Assembly: GCF_029504745.1 (NCBI RefSeq)
Contig: NZ_JAQFIQ010000063.1
Span: 1-11,030, forward strand
Direction of reading: 5' to 3'
DNA from: Breznakia sp. PF5-3
GTDB taxonomy: Bacteria > Bacillota_I > Bacilli_A > Erysipelotrichales > Erysipelotrichaceae
DNA length: 11,030 nt
In this document: positions 6,837 through 11,030 of the stretch, one piece after another
Layout of the letters: every line of letters begins with the position of its first letter
Numbering within the stretch: position 1 is the first letter of the stretch
Translations under genes and position numbers: made by a program
Notes under the pieces: model-generated
The model's input: the letters and a program-made list of their open reading frames with translations, nothing else
What the model was told of the DNA's origin: nothing
Databases searched by the model: none

Positions 6837-6857
6837 AATGTAAATCGAGGTGGTTTT

Positions 6858-7343
6858 ATGCTTCCAGGAGCAAGAATTTATAAAACATTAATTGCAGTTA
6901 CAATATCTTTGATTCTAAGTAGATATATTTTAGGATTATCTGGATTTTATATGACAATTGCAGTTGTACTATCCATGAAAACCGATCCCCAAAAATCATT
7001 GATCTATGGAAAAAACAGAATCATTGGTACCTTGCTTGGTGGTATTCTAGGCTATATTATCATGGTTGTTATCCGCCATACGCCTTTTATAAGTGAAGAT
7101 TCTATTTGGATGCTTTTCATAAATGTAGGTTGTATCTTCTTGTTGCTATGGTTTTCTAAACTTACGCATATGTCGGAAACAGGAGCGGCATTGGGGTGTG
7201 TTATCTTCTTCTCAATCACATTGATTCGCTTTAATGCGCCAATCTTTGACTATGTCTTTATTCGTGTCTTAGAAACAACCATTGGTGTTATTATTGCCAT
7301 GGGAGTAAATTATATAAAACTTCCTAAATCAACTACAAAATAA
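6858..7343 (+). CDS. FUSC / aromatic-acid-exporter (ArAE_1, UPF0421)-like integral membrane protein, membrane domain only (161 aa)
   Basis: The N-terminus MLPGARIYKTLIAVTISLILSRYILGL...KNRIIGTLLGGILGYIIMVVI matches the pattern I recall for this family (xGxRxxKTxIAxxLAxxIA ... RxxGTxxG). It has about 4-5 TM segments. SD GAGGTGG is present. Confidence 0.65.
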   Translation: MLPGARIYKTLIAVTISLILSRYILGLSGFYMTIAVVLSMKTDPQKSLIYGKNRIIGTLLGGILGYIIMVVIRHTPFISEDSIWMLFINVGCIFLLLWFSKLTHMSETGAALGCVIFFSITLIRFNAPIFDYVFIRVLETTIGVIIAMGVNYIKLPKSTTK

Positions 7344-7358
7344 ATGTTGCTTTTTTTA

Positions 7359-7389
7359 TTGACTTAGAGTCCACTCCAACTGATACAAT
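7359..7389 (+). promoter_or_regulatory. MerR-type promoter: -35 and -10 separated by 19 bp, with a dyad in the spacer
   Basis: TTGACT (7359-7364), a 19-nt spacer (7365-7383), then TACAAT (7384-7389). The imperfect dyad TTAGAGT-CC-ACTCCAA spans 7364-7379. It lies 42 nt upstream of the aldo/keto reductase ATG. Confidence 0.55.
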
Positions 7390-7430
7390 TAAGTTATCAA
7401 ATTAGATAAGTAAGAAAGAGGTTTATAAAA

Positions 7431-8396
7431 ATGGAATATTGTAAAATAGGAGTTTCTAATAAGCAAGTATCAAAATTGTGTTTAGGTTGTATGACTTTTG
7501 GAGATAATCAAACACAATTTCATGATTGGACATTGCCTTATGAAGAATCAAAAGAAATCATCAAACACGCACTAGATTTGGGAATTAATTTCTTTGATAC
7601 TGCAAATGTTTATTCAAAAGGAACAAGTGAAGAATATTTAGGAAGAGCATTGAAAGAGTTAGATGTAAATCGTGAAGATGTCTTTATTGCTACTAAAGTT
7701 TATTTTAATGATGGCAAATTATCTAAAGAAGCAATTAATAGAGAAATTGAATTATCATTAAAACGATTACAAACAGATTATATCGATTTATATATTATTC
7801 ATCGTTTTGATAAAACAACACCCATAGAGGAAACCATGAACGCTTTAAATGATTTAGTACAATCTGGCAAAGTTAAAAACATTGGAGCAAGCGCAATGTA
7901 TGGATACCAATTCCATAATATGCAAGAAATTGCTGATAAAAACGGTTGGGCAAAATTTGTGACAATGCAAAATCATTACAATATGCTATATCGAGAAGAC
8001 GAAAGGGAATTAATACCTGTTTGTAATCAATATAAAACATTGTTAACACCTTATAGTCCTCTAGCATCTGGAAGATTAGCGCGAGCTGAATGGCATACAA
8101 ACACAAAAAGAAGTCAAACAGATAATACAGCTGCTCATAAATATGATGGCTTTGAGGAAGCTGATAAAAAGATTGTAGGTAGAGTTTTAGAATTAGCAAA
8201 AAAGTATAATTGTACAATGACACAGATTGCTCTATCCTATTTATTTGAAAAAGGTGTAACAGCACCAATTATTGGGGCAAGTAAAATCAAATATTTAGAC
8301 GATGCATGTGGAGCTTTCCATGTTCATTTAACCATAGAGGATATAGCATACTTGGAAGAATTGTACATTCCCCATTCTATTGTTGGGGCATTATAA
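7431..8396 (+). CDS. Aldo/keto reductase family oxidoreductase (321 aa)
   Basis: The N-terminal block is classic for AKRs: LGCMTFGD...ALDLGINFFDTANVYSKGTSEEYLGRAL. Further family blocks are DYIDLYIIHRFD, GKVKNIGASAMYGYQ and PIIGASKIKYLDD. SD AAGAGG is present upstream. Confidence 0.95.
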   Translation: MEYCKIGVSNKQVSKLCLGCMTFGDNQTQFHDWTLPYEESKEIIKHALDLGINFFDTANVYSKGTSEEYLGRALKELDVNREDVFIATKVYFNDGKLSKEAINREIELSLKRLQTDYIDLYIIHRFDKTTPIEETMNALNDLVQSGKVKNIGASAMYGYQFHNMQEIADKNGWAKFVTMQNHYNMLYREDERELIPVCNQYKTLLTPYSPLASGRLARAEWHTNTKRSQTDNTAAHKYDGFEEADKKIVGRVLELAKKYNCTMTQIALSYLFEKGVTAPIIGASKIKYLDDACGAFHVHLTIEDIAYLEELYIPHSIVGAL

Positions 8397-8443
8397 AGCA
8401 ATAGACAAGTATAAAAAATTAAAGGCCATTCATTTCGCTATAT

Positions 8444-8479
8444 AAAAAAACCAGAATTTTTTTGAATTCTGGTTTTTTT
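8444..8479. terminator. Bidirectional Rho-independent terminator shared by the AKR gene (+) and the WYL operon (-)
   Basis: An A7 run (8444-8450), then stem CCAGAATT (8451-8458) pairing with AATTCTGG (8465-8472), a 6-nt loop, and a T7 run (8473-8479). Confidence 0.9.
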
Positions 8480-8503
8480 ATTAGTCTACACAAGCTAAAA
8501 TCT

Positions 8504-8746
8504 TCAAACTACTTTCAAATCATAAGAACCTTCATAGATTGGAACCAATTGCATAAAGTATGGTTCTAAAAACTCATTGATAACCTTACACAGTTCCTCA
8601 GGTGTTTGTTTTTTATCACCCGTTTGTCTTAATTCCACAACTTCATTGCCACAAGCTCCTGCACTATGTAAACGATATCCAATCTTTTTATTTTCTAAAT
8701 ATTGATTTGCTTGATACATTTTATTAACATCTAAAACTTTACTCAT
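8504..8746 (-). CDS. Hypothetical small protein (80 aa), last gene of the WYL operon
   Basis: GGGTGA SD lies upstream of ATG 8746, and the gap to the preceding gene is 30 nt. The strong terminator lies 25 nt downstream. There is no TM segment, and I recognise no family. Confidence 0.6.
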   Translation of the reverse strand: MSKVLDVNKMYQANQYLENKKIGYRLHSAGACGNEVVELRQTGDKKQTPEELCKVINEFLEPYFMQLVPIYEGSYDLKVV

Positions 8747-8776
8747 ATTATCACCCTGTATGTATCATAGCATAGC

Positions 8777-9391
8777 TTATCGAATAATATCCATCATTTT
8801 GAAAATGTCTTCTGAAGCCATTTGGAATTTAGACTTTTCAATCAAAATATTTTTACCCGTCATGATATACGATGGAAAAATTCGTTTGCCATCATAATAC
8901 AACTCACTATTTCTAAGTTTATATGTTGAAATAGATGGTACTGCATTCTTTTTGCTTGCCTTCTTTGTTATCATATTAAACGCCTTTTTCGCAACATCTC
9001 CCATCAACATAACAACTTCTAAATTTTCAAATAAAGCAAGCTCCTTTTCTAATATCTGAGCATGATCTTTAATTTTTGCTGTTTCAATTGCATATTCATC
9101 CTTTGGTGTTTTCACCGCATTCGTAATATAGATACCTGCATCAATAATTTCCTGAATATCTTCAACCTCTATTCCAGCTGCATGAAACAATGCAATGGTT
9201 GTCTCCATATAGAGAGGATTTTTCTTATCACTATAAAAATCATCTTTTACATCATTCGCTACAACCTCATTGATCATAATTGCTTTTATCTTATCTGGAT
9301 GTATTTCAAAATCAGGTAGATAAGAAAGCATTTTATCTCCATCCACATAATGCTCTTTAATATACCCTTCCAACTCTTTTTTTACATTCAT
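8777..9391 (-). CDS. Uracil-DNA glycosylase superfamily (family 4/5-like fold) protein, divergent at the catalytic motifs (204 aa), start re-assigned
   Basis: It is co-linear by eye with the family-4 UDG blocks: AIMINEVV (position of GEGPG), GIYITNAVK (vYITNxVKc), VVMLMGDVAKKAF (ivxLGxxA) and RIFPSYIMTG (vFPxxHPSxxLR). ATG 9391 has AGGTG 6 nt upstream. The GTG at 9400 in the ORF track has no SD. Confidence 0.65.
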   Translation of the reverse strand: MNVKKELEGYIKEHYVDGDKMLSYLPDFEIHPDKIKAIMINEVVANDVKDDFYSDKKNPLYMETTIALFHAAGIEVEDIQEIIDAGIYITNAVKTPKDEYAIETAKIKDHAQILEKELALFENLEVVMLMGDVAKKAFNMITKKASKKNAVPSISTYKLRNSELYYDGKRIFPSYIMTGKNILIEKSKFQMASEDIFKMMDIIR

Positions 9392-9392
9392 A

Positions 9393-10280
9393 TTAAGCAC
9401 CTACTTTCTTAATTGCTTCTTCGTGAAGCTTTACTATTTTTTGTCTAAGTCTTTCTGGTTTTATAATCTCTACTTCGCCCCCCATTGATAACAAAAAGGA
9501 ATCCATCCATTCATCTATCAATAGGTTTACTTTCACACTTACGCCTGTTGAAACCTCTTCGATTGCACTTCTTGCAAAGATATCATACACACGATAAGCC
9601 ACCCGTTTAGAAAATAGAAATTCACAATATTCATAATCCTTCTTATCCACTTGTACCTCATTATAGGTAAGTCTAGAAAAGGTTTTTTCTTGTACTTCTA
9701 TTTTTAAAATACGAGTAAGTCGAAACATACGCATAGCTGCTCGTTTATGACAATATCCTTCTAAATACCATCCACCTCCTTGATATTTCAAATAGTATGG
9801 GTCTACCATACGTAAAGAATGACCATTTACTCCATGATAGGCAATGATGATTGTTTGTGTTTGCAAGATTGCTTTTTTAAGTTTTTGAAAAAGATCAATA
9901 TCCGCATTTTTATCATCACCCCATCTAGTTAAATCAATTTTCAACCAATCTTCATCTAAATGTTCAAAACCATTTAACTTCGCTAATATCGATTTTATAT
10001 TCCAGTGTTCACTTTCTTCTACAGCTTTTAAAATAGCTAATAAAGATGTCATCTCTTCCTCGTTAAACAACGCTTTATCCAAGATAAAATCATCCTTTAA
10101 ATAGATTCCTCCTTGATAACCAACATTTGCATATATTGGTATTCCAGCTTGACTTAAAGAATCAATATCTCGATAAATCGTTCGTGTCGATACTTCAAAT
10201 TTTACTGCTAATTCTTCAGCAGTAGTTTTTCTTTTTTCCAATAAATAATAAAGAATATAAAACAATCTGCTTTTTTCCAT
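9393..10280 (-). CDS. YafY-family transcriptional regulator: N-terminal HTH, then WYL domain, then C-terminal extension (295 aa)
   Basis: The HTH is KTTAEELAVKFEVSTRTIYRDIDSLSQAGIPIY. The WYL-type core is MVDPYYLKYQGGGWYLEGYCHKRAAMRMFRLTRI. SD AGAGGTG lies upstream of ATG 10280. The TAA stop (9395-9393) lies 1 nt before the next gene's ATG. Confidence 0.9.
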   Translation of the reverse strand: MEKSRLFYILYYLLEKRKTTAEELAVKFEVSTRTIYRDIDSLSQAGIPIYANVGYQGGIYLKDDFILDKALFNEEEMTSLLAILKAVEESEHWNIKSILAKLNGFEHLDEDWLKIDLTRWGDDKNADIDLFQKLKKAILQTQTIIIAYHGVNGHSLRMVDPYYLKYQGGGWYLEGYCHKRAAMRMFRLTRILKIEVQEKTFSRLTYNEVQVDKKDYEYCEFLFSKRVAYRVYDIFARSAIEEVSTGVSVKVNLLIDEWMDSFLLSMGGEVEIIKPERLRQKIVKLHEEAIKKVGA

Positions 10281-10297
10281 AACACACCTCTAAAATT

Positions 10298-10306
10298 ACT
10301 ATACCA
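10298..10306 (-). promoter_or_regulatory. Candidate extended -10 element (TGGTATAGT) for the WYL regulator operon
   Basis: The minus strand reads TG-G-TATAGT at 10306-10298. No good -35 was found. It would give a very short leader that starts at about the SD. Confidence 0.3.
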
Positions 10307-10315
10307 TAATTATCT

Positions 10316-10330
10316 TGACATCTTTTGTCA
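10316..10330. promoter_or_regulatory. Short palindrome TGACA-N5-TGTCA in the divergent regulator/maa control region (candidate operator)
   Basis: TGACA (10316-10320) and TGTCA (10326-10330) are reverse complements. The left arm overlaps a consensus TTGACA hexamer (10315-10320). The arms are only 5 bp, so this could be chance. Confidence 0.3.
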
Positions 10331-10342
10331 TATTGCTATTCA

Positions 10343-10351
10343 TGTTATAAT
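10343..10351 (+). promoter_or_regulatory. Extended -10 promoter (TGTTATAAT) placed to give a leaderless acetyltransferase mRNA
   Basis: TG-T-TATAAT lies at 10343-10351, and the A of ATG 10358 is 7 nt after the last T of the -10. There is no Shine-Dalgarno sequence in between. Confidence 0.55.
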
Positions 10352-10357
10352 CTAACA

Positions 10358-10921
10358 ATGAAAAAGAAAACACTAAGTGAAAAAGAAAAAATGCTCCAAG
10401 GACTTCCCTATAATGCAAGCAATCCTCGCCTTGTCCTAGAAAGAGATCGAGCGGCACGTATTTTAAATCGTTACAATCGAAGAACTTTTCACGAAACAAA
10501 TATGCGTAGTAGAACTTTACGCAAATTGCTCAACACATCTGGTAATTTTTGGATTAAACCACCCTTTCATTGTGATTATGGATATAATATTTTCATTGGA
10601 AAAGATCTCTTATGCAATTATGGTTGTGTAATGCTCGATGTATGTAAGATAACAATCGGTGATAATGTATTATTAGGTCCTGGTGTAAAGTTGTTTACTG
10701 CTGCTCATGCTATTAACCCTATAGAGCGAAAAAATGGAGTTGAATTTGGTAAACCAATCACTATCCATAATAATGTATGGATTGGTGGAGGATCAATTGT
10801 TCTTCCTGGTGTTGAAATTGGTGAAAATAGTATCATTGGTGCAGGAAGTGTTGTTAGTAAATCCATCCCTGCAAATGTCGTTGCTGTAGGAAATCCATGT
10901 AAAGTCATAAAGAATATATAA
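10358..10921 (+). CDS. maa: Maltose/galactoside O-acetyltransferase family (Mac N-terminal domain + left-handed beta-helix hexapeptide repeats), 187 aa, start re-assigned
   Basis: It aligns by eye along its whole length with E. coli Maa as I recall it: SEKEKMLQGLPYNA...RILNRYN, HCDYGYNIFIGKD, CVMLDVCKITIGDNVLLGPGV, GKPITIHNNVWIGGGSIVLPGVEIGENSIIGAGSVV and VGNPCKVIK. The ORF-track start at 10325 is a TTG with an N-terminal extension absent from Maa. I cannot separate Maa from LacA-type specificity. Confidence 0.88.
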   Translation: MKKKTLSEKEKMLQGLPYNASNPRLVLERDRAARILNRYNRRTFHETNMRSRTLRKLLNTSGNFWIKPPFHCDYGYNIFIGKDLLCNYGCVMLDVCKITIGDNVLLGPGVKLFTAAHAINPIERKNGVEFGKPITIHNNVWIGGGSIVLPGVEIGENSIIGAGSVVSKSIPANVVAVGNPCKVIKNI

Positions 10922-10936
10922 AAACAGTCACTATTT

Positions 10937-11030
10937 TGAAGTGAACCCAATTAGTTGGACACAATAATTAAATAGTCGTTAAGGACTGATTCCTGAATTC
11001 CACAGGAGTTAGTCCTTTTAATGTTTTTGT
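10937..11030 (+). mobile_element. Possible left end of an IS3-family (IS150-group-like) insertion sequence, truncated by the window edge
   Basis: TGAAGTGAACCCAATTAGTTGGACACAAT starts with the TG dinucleotide of IS3-family ends. It resembles the pattern TGxAxTGxACCC...GTTGGACA that I recall from IS150-group inverted repeats. No transposase ORF lies inside the window, so this rests on memory of the IR pattern only. Confidence 0.25.
10981..11029 (+). terminator. Strong stem-loop followed by a U-rich tract, probable terminator of the acetyltransferase gene
   Basis: AAGGACTGATTCCTG (10981-10995) pairs with CAGGAGTTAGTCCTT (11003-11017). This gives 15 bp including two G-U pairs, with a 7-nt loop, followed by TTAATGTTTTTGT. 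Confidence 0.5.

Noticed and set aside
9392-9400. GTG start at 9400 for the UDG-fold gene, which would overlap the regulator gene by 8 nt.
   Set aside because: No SD precedes it. ATG 9391 has AGGTG at the right distance and sits 1 nt after the regulator's stop codon.
10325-10357. TTG start at 10325 giving an MSYCYSCYNLT extension on the acetyltransferase.
   Set aside because: The extension is absent from Maa-type proteins, the start is a TTG with no SD, and the segment contains the extended -10 promoter element.
327-10950. ORF-track entries 327-524(-), 2276-2488(+), 3392-3589(+), 3618-3812(+), 5375-5662(+), 6247-6459(+), 6492-6734(+), 7873-8268(-), 9062-9319(+), 10299-10499(-) and 10705-10950(-).
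   Set aside because: Each lies antisense to, or overlaps, a much longer ORF with clear family motifs or SD sites. Their translations are low-complexity F/I/L/Y-rich strings, as expected from reading AT-rich coding DNA in the wrong frame. I saw no convincing SD for any of them.
1-11030. A search by eye for CRISPR-like regularly spaced direct repeats, tRNA/rRNA-like segments, riboswitch or T-box leaders and long tandem repeats.
   Set aside because: None was seen. The 5' leaders are all short. Scanning by eye cannot exclude small structured RNAs, so Infernal/Rfam and tRNAscan-SE would be the proper check.

Overview
This is an AT-rich window (about 30% GC by eye, not computed) with GGAGG-type Shine-Dalgarno sites, which fits an accessory chromosomal region of a low-GC Gram-positive (Bacillota-like) genome. 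I support 13 protein-coding genes. I saw no rRNA, tRNA or CRISPR array. Gene order, left to right: a cytoplasmic class-C beta-lactamase-like serine hydrolase (+); a six-gene minus-strand cluster read from 6684 down to 1414; a short FUSC/ArAE-like membrane protein (+); an aldo/keto reductase (+) behind a MerR-style 19-bp-spacer promoter; a strong bidirectional terminator; a minus-strand operon of a WYL-domain regulator, a divergent uracil-DNA-glycosylase-fold protein and an 80-aa protein; a Maa-like sugar O-acetyltransferase (+) that looks leaderless; and a strong 3' hairpin with a possible IS3-family end at the window edge. The six-gene cluster encodes a 153-aa cytosolic protein, a 340-aa 4-TM protein with an internal duplication, a 150-aa single-TM protein, a TPR-like protein and two ankyrin-repeat proteins. 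The two best candidates for something undescribed are (1) this enzyme-less ankyrin/TPR/membrane-protein cluster and (2) the WYL-regulated module whose UDG-fold protein lacks the canonical catalytic motifs. All functional calls rest on motif recognition by eye. No database search or structure prediction was possible.
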